This document shows, one piece after another, positions 1 to 11,204 of a stretch of 64,000 nt of DNA (the first letter of the stretch is position 1; each line of letters opens with the position of its first letter). This stretch comes from Paraspadella gotoi. Lineage: Eukaryota > Animalia > Chaetognatha. The stretch is from the NCBI GenBank assembly GCA_051294375.1, contig JBJCIZ010000035.1:62001-126000 (forward strand), written 5' to 3'. The position numbers were made by a program, and so were the translations under genes. The notes under the pieces were generated by a model, which had not been told where the DNA came from, did no database searches, and saw only the letters and a list, made by a program, of their open reading frames with translations.

Positions 1-264
1 AAAATATTCCTTAGTATTTACAGTAAAATACAAAAAAAAGACAAATCAAAGGAAAACCGTTCGAGGAGTAATCGTTTTAAATGGCTTTAAATACTACTAA
101 AATATTTATGGAGTCAATTTCTCCTCCTCTCACTCTCTCTTTGGCGAAGCCATTTGAGATTGGCAGCATGGAATAAAACGAAATCTGACGTGGAAGAGGA
201 GTGGATTTTTTTGGAACACAATGGCATCTCATGGAGAGAGAAAAATGGAATCTGAAGGAGAAAT

Positions 265-1005
265 GTTGAATTTGATGGAATAAAGTGTAATTTGATGAAA
301 TAAAGTGGAATCGGATTGAGAAGAAAAGTGGAATTTGATGGAATAAAGTGGAATCGGATAGAGAAGAAAAGTGGAATTTGATGGAATTAAGTGGAATCGG
401 ATAGAGAAGAAAAGTAGAATTTGATGGAATTAAATGGAATCGAATAGAGAAGAGTAAAGTGGAATTTTATGAAATAAAGTGGAATCGGATAGAGAAGAAA
501 AGTGGAATTTGATGGAATTAAGTGGAGTCGGAGAGAAGAGAAAAGTGGAATTTGATGAAAAAAAATGAAATCTGATAGAGAAGAGAATGTGGAATTTGAT
601 GGAATAAAGAGTAATTTGATGAAATAAAGTGTAATTTGATGAAATAAAGTGGAATCGGATAGAGAAGAAACGTGGAATTTGATGGAATTAAATGGAATCG
701 AATAGAGAAGAGTAAAGTGGAATTTGATGGAATTAAGTGGAATCGGATAGAGAAGAAAAGTGGAATTTGATGGAATTAAATGGAATCGAATAGAGAAGAG
801 TAAAGTGGAATTTTATGAAAGTGGAATCGGATAGAGAAGAAAAGTGGAATTTGATGGAAGTAAGTGGAATCGGAGAGAAGAGTAAAGTAGAATTTTATGA
901 AATAAAGTGGAATCGGATCGAGAAGAAAATTGGAATTTGATGGAATAAAGTGGAATCTGATGGAGAAGAAATGTGGAATTTGATGGAATAAAGTGGAACA
1001 GAATG
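265..1005. repeat. Minisatellite, ~43-45 bp unit built from 20+23 bp subunits
   Basis: Tandem GTGGAATTTGATGGAATAAAGTGGAATCGGATAGAGAAGAAAA variants; the ORFs overlapping it are repeat translations. Confidence 0.95.
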
Positions 1006-2094
1006 GAATCTGTCGGCGAGCAAGAGTGGAATCTGTCGGAATGCTTGCAGCTGGACACCACCCCCCCCTTACGCGGCGTCGACTTCAAAGAGCAGGTTAC
1101 CATGCCCCCAAAGATCCCGGCCAATTGGACGTCGTTGAAACAGGCTTGGCCCTGTTTAGCCTCACAACCTCCCCCTCTGCTGCTTCAACATCGACGTGTA
1201 ACGCGGTGTCTCTCCCATACCCCTTCCTTACGAACTGCCACGCCCACTTCCGGTTCAAGATGAGACGCAACGACGATAAACGCTAATTAAACATCTAGAT
1301 TAGACGGAAAATGAGGCGTACACAACACCTCGCAAAAACATCGCAAAATAAAAAAATTCCCAATATTCTATGCATGGCGGACAAGACGTCGAGTTCTCCT
1401 CGCTCATGGGTTTGAGGGTAAGGGAAACTTCACACTCACCCAGCACTCACCATTGCTGTAAATATTGTAATATTTTTTTTTTAAATGCATTCCGTCACCT
1501 TTTTAAAATATCTTAAAATGTCTTAAAATGTCCCTTTATTTGTCTCCGTCAAATTCGTTTTAGCTTAGCTCGCGTCTCTGTACTGTCAAAAATTTTACGA
1601 TTATTGTATTGATTGATCATTGATAGGGTATTGCATAAAAATTGTAAAAATACTGATTTTTTTCATTCGATGGTTTTAAACCTTATATTAGGCCTAACGA
1701 AGTGTACTTTAATCATTAATTCAAAGTTTGACTTTTAAATATTTGATTTACGCCAACTGATTTACGTCAATTTGGAGTAACGTTTCTGCCTCTTTACTAC
1801 TGTCAAGGATATTCAACCAAAATTTTTTAAAACGCTTTTTTCTAATTAAGAATACATTGTAGTATTGGATTCAGATTTGATTTCTTTTTTTTTACGTGTT
1901 GTTGGCGCTGGTGGCGTAAAAACTACGCCAAAACGTATTATTTCCTAATTACATATGTAGCGTTAATGATTTTTTAAAAAAAAATTTAAAATATATAAAA
2001 TTAAATAATTGTAAATGTTTATATTTATTTGGAAAAGAATTGTGGCGTAAAATGGCGTGAAATGAAGGTAAAATCGTTTAATATGATATCATGA

Positions 2095-2460
2095 TGTGGC
2101 GTAAAGACTTTCTGATTATTTTCTAGTAAAAGCTATTCAGATAAGTGGTTTTAAAGATTTATCCGGCCTTTTTTATAGAGATGTGGCGTAGAATGGCGTA
2201 AACTGAACAAAAAACCATATAAATTTTAATTAATTCTGTGGCGTAAAAACATTTTGTTTATTTTCTAATAAAAACTACTCAATTGAGTTGTTTTAAATAT
2301 TTTCCGGCCTTTTTTATACAGGTTTGGCGTAGAATGGTGTAAAATGAACAGAAAACCATATTAATAGCATTTAATTTTGTGGCGTAAAAACTTTTTTCAT
2401 TTTCGAAATAAAACTAAGTTAAGATGCTTTGGCGTAGAATGGCGTAAATTGACGTAAAAC
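2095..2460. repeat. ~142-bp tandem repeat rich in TGGCGTA motifs
   Basis: Units start TGTGGCGTAAA at 2095, 2237 and 2378 (third unit partial). Confidence 0.8.
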
Positions 2461-2855
2461 TGCGCCACTTTATCCTTTCATCTCTTTCCCTTTCCTCCCT
2501 TTTCTTTTCTCTTTTATTTTTATACAATCTCCGATTCTAAAGAGATTATTTTTCGGTTTTAATTCTTTGAACTCAAAGAAAAATGAATACCGAAAATAAA
2601 TCTCAATCATAGATAAAAAGAAACAAAGATACACCACGTAAAAGCCAGTGGACCAATTTTATTAAAAGTATCAGAAATTGTGGATCAACAATGGTTCTTT
2701 AGGTTTATGTTTTAAAATGTTTAAAAGTAAAGACTATAATAAAGATATTGCCCATTATAATAATTCTAGGTATCAAGTATATTTAGCAAAGGAGGAATTG
2801 TTGTAAGCAGAAAAAAGGCACAATAAATCTTAAGATCATAATAAATATATTATAT

Positions 2856-3096
2856 TGTGGGGTATATTCACACCGCCTCACGCACCATCGTTCAGCCAAA
2901 TCCATTGGCTCAGAGGGGAACACACCATCCAGCGTAGTGTTCCATCACAGTCCTAACGACTTCCCTCTGCGTTGGCAAGCGAGACCGTCCTAGGGTAACC
3001 GCGCCAGTGACTGGATGCGTCACTGAGGTCGGAAGCCCCCAAGCAACAGTGAGATGCCCCATCCCAATGGCATCACAGCAACCCGCTGTTGCCATA
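2856..3096 (-). mobile_element. 241-bp structured solo-LTR-like element (TATGG...CCACA on the minus strand)
   Basis: GC-rich island flanked by ATAT (2852-2855, 3097-3100); many hairpins; same TATGG...CA termini as the 5451 and 10167 elements. Confidence 0.6.
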
Positions 3097-4159
3097 ATAT
3101 AAGTTTTACATATGGATGATTCATAGGCCTTAATATACAGTAGAAAGATGATATAAAATGACTATCGCCAAAACTGCTGCTGGCGCATTTTTGCGCATCA
3201 TTTTAGGGAATCAAGAATGATCAATTTGTTGAGAGAAAATCCATTTGCATCTCCTGTAACCAGAGGTTTTGCGAGGAAAGCCTATTTTTTGCGCTACAAT
3301 AAAAAGAAATATTGCTTTCTGTACTATTCCATATTTTTTCTTATTTGAAAGATTTTTTTTCGGTTTTTAGTTAAACCTAACTTTACAGTATCTAGATTTA
3401 AAAATAAAATTTTTCTTTTTAGTATTTTCCATATAGTAACTATTTCAAAAGGCCTTGTTTTTTGGAATCAAATTCCCTATTATTTTTGGCCGATAGAAAA
3501 ATAAAAATTTCGTCGAATACTGCTAATCCCTATCATTGATTGGTTTATTGATTGCTTCTTTGATTGATTGCATTCCTCCCCCACCCCATTTTTTGTTTTT
3601 TTTATTCGCTTGCATCACACTCACCACACACTGAGAGTCTCACCCTTCCACTCACACTGGCACGATGCCATCTCAAGCCATTCGGGGCATGAGATGCCAT
3701 CTCGGTCAAAGTATGGGGCGGCAATGAGGAGGAGGGGCTTCGCCTCCTGCATCTCTTCCTCCCCATTCCTCCCCATTCCTCGTCCTCTTCCTCACGGGGC
3801 TCGTTAATTTTCACGATTTCACTTTTTCACCTTTCTCCCGTTGTTCTTACATTTTGCTGATTACTGGACGCCTCTCAATAAACGCTTTACCTTTTATTTC
3901 CCGTTCTATTATTTCACGAGGATACTTATTCCAAGGCAAGTGAAATAAGAACTCGAAAAGAGATATGTGATGAAGGCCGTCACAAGCGCTATAATGGTGC
4001 TCAGAGCGGCAGTCACTTGGATTCGTGTCCTGGACAAAAGCATCGTAAACAATTCACTACTTAAATTACGATAGTGGGAGCAGAAAATGAAGTATAGTTT
4101 TCTTCATAGAAGATACACGCGACGATCTTTTGGTGCCGGTTGAGTTTTTTTGACTTCAG

Positions 4160-5780
4160 TGACGTCCTTGGCGACGAAATCGGTCGTGGAGCCGAAGATG
4201 AAGGATCCGGCGAAGGAAACGGCGCTGAAGATGACAGAGTCGGCGCTGAAGTTGATGCAGGAGACGCTGGAGACGGTGCTGTCGGAGCAGAAGACGACGA
4301 AGGAGTCGTTATCAGCGGCGACGTAAAGGCAACCTTTCTTCTCCTGAAAGATTTTCTATTTTTTGGTTGAAACTTCGTCGATTCGAGTCGGAGAAAGAAT
4401 AGGCGAGGATTGAAGGTTTCTCATTCGATGGAGATTTTCCTTCAGTTGTCGAATTCGACCATGGAGTGGAGAAATTGCAAAAGCAACGGCCGCATCAATG
4501 AGCGGCGCTAATTGCATGATCGAGATAACCCCAAACTCGGAATTCGCGATTAAAAAATAGTGATGAGAAAATTATTTGAATGAAATATTAGTCGGAATAA
4601 CAAAATTAATTTGTGATGAACGGCGAGTCCACGAGACTGGTTAAGTCGTTTTTACTGTAGAAAATGTTCGTTGGCCGTAGGTTAACTGACTTTAACATAG
4701 AGCAAGGTTTTCTAAATCTCGAATGATGTAAATGTTGAATAAATGACGAATAAATCATGAATAAAAAAATATTCTTAGATTCTGTAAAAACTACGGTTCC
4801 ATACAGCCATTCTTTTCCAGAGAAACGATTATGGTCGAATAACAAGTTACGAGGTTTTCAGCTAAAAGAGGGCTATCGACGTCCTTGGCGACGGAATCGG
4901 TCGTTGAGCCGATGATAAAAGATCCGGCGAAGGAAACGGCGTTGAAGTCAGCGATGAAGTCGACGATGAAGATGGCAACATCGATGTAATCAGCGGCGTC
5001 GTGAAGCCAACCTTTCTTCTCCTGAAAGATTTTCTATTTCGTGGCGATGAAATTGCAAAGGGCATTGATTAATTGTCGATCTGACTCCCAAATCAAAAAT
5101 AATTTTTTCTTAACTTGTAAGATTTTGTAACATGAAAAAAAAATTATTTGATTGGCAAAATATATATATGAAACTTTTTTTTTGGTAAATTTGAAAGAGA
5201 AAAAAATATTAATTTGAGTTGAATGGCGATTCCACGAGGTGGGTTTTGTAGTTTTTTTCTGTAGTAAATGTTTATTATTTTTTATGTCTCGAGGGTCGCG
5301 TATTTGATTCGTCGGCCATTGGTTGAACTGGCTTTAACTTGGAAAAAGGATTTATAAATCTCAAATGACGTAAATGTCGAATAAATGACGAATAAATCGT
5401 GAATAAGTTTATTTATTGTAGAGAATGAATTAATGGCGAAATTAATGAAGTATGGTGGACTAAAATCCACCAATCGTTCATCAGGCGGCAAGTCATTCGC
5501 CTCCCAACCCAGAGGTCCGTGGTTCTAGCCCAGTGGTCGCCTAGCAGTTAAGAGGGACGGGGCGCTGAACCCGCCTGTAACACGGTGTTACAGCCTGATT
5601 CAAGGCTCAGGGACTGCATATATTGAACGGTTCTGTCACTAACTCATAACAATTATTACTGTCTCTTCAGAAGTACAATAAATTGGTGTAGAAAATCCTT
5701 GGATTCTGTAAAAACTACGGTTCCATACGGCCGAACTTTTCCAGAGAAAATATTATGACGAGGTTTTCGGCTAAAAGAAA
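4160..5780. repeat. Two diverged ~720-bp tandem units, the second interrupted by a solo LTR; partial inverted copy at ~8282-8510
   Basis: GACGTCCTTGGCGACG... at 4161 and 4878; shared tail GATTCTGTAAAAACTACGGTTCCATAC...GCTAAAAGA at ~4779-4869 and ~5702-5778. Confidence 0.85.
5451..5669 (+). mobile_element. Solo LTR with tRNA-Gly-like Pol III cassette (TRIM relative)
   Basis: TATGG...CTCTTCA with 4-bp TSD GAAG; B-box GGTTCTAGCCC at 5521; TTCGCCTCCCAA resembles the tRNA-Gly anticodon arm; no polyA tail. Confidence 0.75.
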
Positions 5781-6249
5781 GCGACGAGAACTGTGAAAAG
5801 ACTGGCCTGAAAAGGTCAACTAAATAACCAGGGAAAAATGACTGGACGCGAGGTCACAAAATCTTTCATTTGTTTATTTATATTCTTTCCAAAAAAAGAG
5901 TTACTCACTTATGTACAAATAAATATTACTGTTAAGATAAGACAGTGCAGATTTTAATTTATTTGCCAATATTTCGATTTATATTGAGAAATTATTTGTC
6001 GTTTAATCTCATTTGCATATTAGAGTGCGGTAAAATTTTTAAACGTAAATATTCAATAATGCGGTTTAATTTTTCAAAAAAATTACTTCATATACTTATT
6101 TAAGTACATGGAAAGTACAGGAATCACAGACAGGCAAGGCCTAACTCTGAACTCGATCCGGCCTAATATTTATAATTAATAAATAGTAGATAATAAACTT
6201 CATGAACATTTAAAAAAAATCATGTTTAAGGTTTTAATAGAACTTGATG

Positions 6250-7865
6250 GTAAAAAAACAAGTTTGAGCAAACAATGTCGGATCTGCCTACGATAATTAA
6301 TTAATTAATTAATCGATTAATTAATTAATTTTAATAATTAATTATAAATTATATTCAGCTTGTCATAATCGATGTCCTTAAAATTGAGTCAGGACAGTTA
6401 TTAAATGTTATGTTTACATTTTATCAAAACAAACAAATATCCTCTATTTTATTTTATGTCTCCTTTTCACTCTCTCACTCTTTCTCTCTCTCTCTCTCTC
6501 TCTCTTTTTATGCAATTGCGACGATCCTTATGCTTTTAAGATTTTTTTAACTTTCATCATTTTTTCAACTTGCATAATTTTTTCAACTTCATTCCGTCAA
6601 AACTTTAAATCTAGCTTTTTCACACATTTTTCTACCCACACACAAAATTTCAACTCAATCTATCCATCCAATTATGATTAATTAGAGTATTTATTGGTTT
6701 AAATAAGTAAAAAGATTTTAGTAAATGCGACTTATGTATTTTCCATTTAAACTAATTTCCACTCACACGATTCCATTGAAACTTTATATCCAGCTTTATC
6801 ACACACTTTCCTACCAACACACAAAATTTAATTCCAATCCAACCAGCCAATCACGAGTTATTGGAGCTTTTTGCTAAGGTGGGACGGACGGATGGATGGA
6901 TTGATTGACTAATTAATTAATTATTGATTAATTTATTTACTAATTGATTAATTAACTGATTAATTATTTGATTTATTAATACATCCTGCATATACATTTA
7001 ATATCATCTACGGAATGGACCTATAAACGGACTTGGTTGGCCTAGTGATGTGATTGCTCGTCTCCTTCACGAATCATCAGAATGCCGACGAATCACAGAC
7101 CTTACTTCAACCTTAGAATGACCAATGACCGACAGAGAAACCGACGGAGGGATTGATGGTCAAAATTGCTAGGAAAACTCGAGGCATTCACCTCGACACC
7201 CAAACTCAAGAAAGAACTCTTCTTCAAATAATTATTGGAACCATTTAATATTGTCATCACCTTTCTCTTAACCTTTGTCATCGTGTCATCGTTACCTATG
7301 TCATCACCCTAATCATTGTCCGTCATTAAATAAAACCATTGTCAACCAAATACTTTGCCACTTATTATTTACCCTCGTTATTTGACTAAACGTCAACGAT
7401 ATAAAAGGAAAAAGAAGCATAATCAATTAGTGAAACAGGTTTTTTGTTTTTTTTCATTTAAACTCATTTCCACTCAAACTATTCCATCGAAACTTGATTT
7501 CCTGTTCAATCACACACTTTCCTACCCACATACAAAATTCCAGGTCATTCAGCCCATCCACTCATGAGCAATTGGTGTTCAAATAGTGAATATATTTTTT
7601 TGTTTTTCCATTTAAACTCATTTCCACTCAGACGATTCCATCGAAACTTCATATCCAGCTCAATCACACACTTCCCTATCCACACACAAAATTTTATTCA
7701 AATCCATCCTCCAATCACGAGTAATTGGTGTTTTTTGCTAAGGTGGGACGGACGGACGGACATAATTTTTTTGCATAATTTATCATAATTCGATGTTCTG
7801 ACATGATATAAGTTAGGGCCGACAATATTGAGGGGCGGACCGACGGACTGACAAAGTGAATTATA
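6250..7865 (-). mobile_element. Helentron-associated (HINE/DINE-1-like) non-autonomous element(s), composite
   Basis: Subterminal repeat GTCGGATCTGC at ~6277, GGAC microsatellite, internal repeats shared with 8800-11840 and 40931-45600. Confidence 0.65.
7005..7398. mobile_element. 394-bp insertion of unknown class
   Basis: Splits the host motif TTTAATAT|AAAA (uninterrupted at ~9030) with an ATAT duplication (7001-7004, 7399-7402). Confidence 0.6.
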
Positions 7866-8154
7866 AAAATTTTAAATATTGATCTAAAAAAGTACTTTAT
7901 TATAAATAATAAAATTAAATTATATTTTTATGCATTATGTAGCCCCTAATTAGCTGATTCACGATATAATTTTATTTTTTCTAAAAATTAAGCCGTTTTT
8001 AATTAATAGCACCTAGAATCTTAGAAAAATGACGAAAATGGATTGTTTTTAAACCCTTATAAAAACTGACTTAATAATATTTGGTTGAAATCATTTGGTG
8101 AAATCAAAGATATGTGTCTGTACTAATTTAATAATTATAATCTTATTTTATTTT

Positions 8155-8280
8155 TATGGAGCTGGAGCTGAGCATTTTTATTTCGGCTCCGGCTCCGGCC
8201 AGATAAAAATTCTGGCTCCGACTTCAGCTCCGACAAAAAAGCTCGGCTCCGGCGGCTCCAGCTCCGGCTCCACATCCCTG
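8155..8280. mobile_element. End of a hAT-like MITE with GGCTCC subterminal repeats
   Basis: GGCTCC array ending in CATCCCTG (reverse complement of a CAGGGATG TIR); partner end not found. Confidence 0.6.
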
Positions 8281-9791
8281 GTTTTTACAGAATCCAAGGA
8301 TTTTCTACTTGAATTTATAGTACATCATTAATTTCGCCATTTATTTATCTCTACAATAAATAAACTTATTCACGATTTATTCGTCATTTATAAGACATTT
8401 ACGTCATTCGAGATTTAGAAACCTTGCTCCATGTTAAAGCCAGTTTAACCTACGGGTGACGAATCGAACGCGCGACCCTCGTGCAAGAGAAAATAATAAA
8501 CATTTTCTACATGTACTGAATTGATTATATTTTCATTTCTTTTCACTCTCTCTCATTGTGAAGGTGTTTCTCCTTCAAGCCCGCGGAGTCGCGTATTCTA
8601 GACGTCGCCCGTTCCTTGTAGAGTGACGAAGGATCTTTTCTATATGAATACTTGAATCTTGCTGAATATCGAGTCGAATTCTGATGAATATTAAGACGCG
8701 AAAAGATTTCCAAATATTTATTAATCAAGTATATAAAAAAGTCCCGTAAAACTGTAATCAGAACGGTGAAACGTTTTAATTGAGTCCAAAGTAAAACTAA
8801 CAAGTTTGAGCAAACAATGTCGGATCTGCCCACGATCATTATCGGTAATTAAATAATTAATTAATTATTAATTAATTAATTCAAGTTATTTATTTAATTA
8901 TTCGATTAATTAACTTGATCCAAAATGTTTGTTTTGATTTACTGATTAATTAATAATTGATTAATGAATTGACTAATTGATTAATTAACTGATTAATTAT
9001 TTTATTAATTTATACATCTTGCATTTATATTTAATATAAAAAGATAAAGAAGCATAATCAATTAGTGAAACAGGTTTTTTATTTTTTTTCATTTAAACTT
9101 ATTTCCGCTCAAATGATTCCAACGATTTCCAGCTTAATCACACACTTTCCTACCCACATACAAAATTTCAGGTCAATTGCCCCATCCACTCATGAGTAAT
9201 TGGTGTTCAAATAACGAAATATATTTTTTTGTTTTTTCCATTTGAATTCATTTCCACGATTCCATCGAAACATCATATCCAGCTCAATCACACACTACCC
9301 TAAGCACATACAAAATTTCATTACAATCCACCCATCTAATCACGAGTAATTGGTGGTTTTTGTTAAGGTGGGATGGACAGACGGACATTGTTTTTTTTGC
9401 ATAATTTATCATAATTCGATGTTCTGACTAGGGTTCCGTTAACCATTAATTTTTAAGGAACTTCGCTTAACCGTTAAAACTCACGTTTTTAACGGTTAAC
9501 CGTTAAAATCGGTTAATTTTATAATTTAACTTTAAATATAAAATATTAATATTTAAAACTAATTAAAGTATTTAATGGTATTTTCTCCTTAACTCCGGCT
9601 CCTGAATTGTCTTTATCTTCTATTTTAGATAGATGAGGTACACATTATAGTTGATAAATGAGAAAACTATCTTGAATCTACCCATCAGCTAATCAAATAA
9701 AGCATTATAATAAATATTTCTTTTGACTCATAGCATAATAAAAATATGAAAAAAGACTTTCTTTTCGTTGCGTTTATAGATAAGTGAAAGC

Positions 9792-9931
9792 AAAGTTTAT
9801 TTGTTTACAAACAACGGGTTTTTATTTAAAAAAAAAAACTCTCACGCGCTGATGTAGACTCGGAAAAACTAGAGTCGAAACATGTCCGTTTTTTTTAATA
9901 AAAACCCGTTGTTTGTAAACAAATAAACTTT
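9792..9931 (+). mobile_element. Penelope-like remnant: minimal hammerhead between inverted tails
   Basis: CTGATG-TA-GACTC...GAGTC-GAAA-CATGTC at 9849-9886, flanked by a ~45-bp near-perfect inverted repeat. Confidence 0.7.
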
Positions 9932-10166
9932 ATTTTCTCTTAATTATGAATATCAATTTATTAATTGAATGGTTGAATGATCGATAATTAATAAATATTT
10001 TTTTCAATTTTAATAAAGTAAAGTATATCATCATTGAAAGATAGTTTTAGTTAGCCTTAATGTCTTTTCAAAGATTTATTCCTTCTATTGTTCATTTTTT
10101 AAATGTTTTTAATAATTTTTTTATTTAGTTTTTTTTAAATTTATTCGGTTTTATTTTATTTACTTC

Positions 10167-11204
10167 TATGGTGGACTAAAATCCACCAACCGTTCATCAG
10201 CGGCCATTGGTGCCGGAGGCAAGTCATTCGCCTCCCAACCCAAAAGGTCCGGGGTTCTAGCCCGGTGGTCGTCTGGCAGTTAAGAGGGACGGGGCGCTTA
10301 ACCCGCCTGTAACATAGTGTTACAGCCTGATCCGAAGCTCAGGGCCTGCTTATATTGAACGGTTCTGTCACTAACAATGTTACGTAATGATGATCAATAT
10401 ATTACGAAGAAATTCCAGCTTCTCTACCTTTTCCCCCACTGCTCTTTTGTTCCCTTACTAACGCAAGGATATTCCGTTTCTCTGGCGATCACAGCGACAC
10501 CTGTAGTATCGATTTTGTATTAAAGTATATACTTAAGTACAAGTTTCCGAGGCAGTGTGTGGCGGCTTCTGATTGGTTCCCGCCCTTTCGATAGATTTCA
10601 GTCCTGATTTCTATCGACGTGTGACCTTTCAGAATTCACTTAGTCTCACACTGCGTTTTGCTACTTTTTATAAGTTTTCTACAATTCGCATATAGTAGGA
10701 CTAAGCTCTGACGAACAAAGCCAGAGGTTTTTTTAATATATTTTTTAATATAATAGATATTCTCGGAAACACGTTTTTTAATAATAAGTTTTTGTGATCG
10801 CTGGATTGGTGGACTTTCTTTGTGATAGAGGCAACATTTTACAATTCTGGCTTCAGAAACAAGTAAGAGAATCTCTTTAAAATTTTTATATATATTTACT
10901 GAGTGTGTATTAAATGTTTTGTTCCCTTCGTCCAGAATTTCTAACTTTAGCTTTAGAGAAGATCCTGGATTTCGCATCGATTTGATCGTCCGCCTTGTCG
11001 TCGACGATCATCTTTGCCGAGACTTTGTCGTCAGCCATCTTGAGCTAAGTGGACCGGTGCCATCGTCTCTTTTGCGCCATCAACCTCGAATTCCTCTACT
11101 TATGATAGCGCAGAATTAGTTCAGGAAAGTTAGCGAATCAACGATAGCCACCTCTACGACTTCAGTTCGTTTACAAACACATAACAATAATTACTGTCTC
11201 TTCA
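10167..11204 (+). mobile_element. Second copy of the tRNA-Gly-like solo LTR, interrupted at 10378-11175
   Basis: Highly similar to 5451-5669; A-box-like TGGTGCCGGAGG at 10208, B-box at 10253; TSD CTTC; tail resumes at 11176-11204. Confidence 0.8.
10378..11175. mobile_element. ~800-bp solo LTR
   Basis: TGTTACG...CGTTTACA termini; 5-bp TSD AACAA/AACAC (1 mismatch); absent from the homologous copy at 5451. Confidence 0.65.

Noticed and set aside
265-1005. Regular repeats as a possible CRISPR array
   Set aside because: Contiguous tandem units without unique spacers, eukaryotic context, no cas genes.
1050-1280. GC-rich segment with short ORFs
   Set aside because: No recognisable protein, splice pair or termini.
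5451-5490. Minus-strand CTGATGA plus hairpin as a hammerhead
   Set aside because: No GAAA or stem III follows in either copy.
8681-8710. CTGATGA...GAAA hammerhead candidate
   Set aside because: No stem II complementarity.
10240-10295. Twister ribozyme resemblance (AGCCCGG...GAGGG)
   Set aside because: Required pseudoknot pairings not found; better explained as a tRNA T-arm and B-box.
11080-11160. A/B-box-like words in the 10378 solo LTR
   Set aside because: Both boxes match poorly; within chance.
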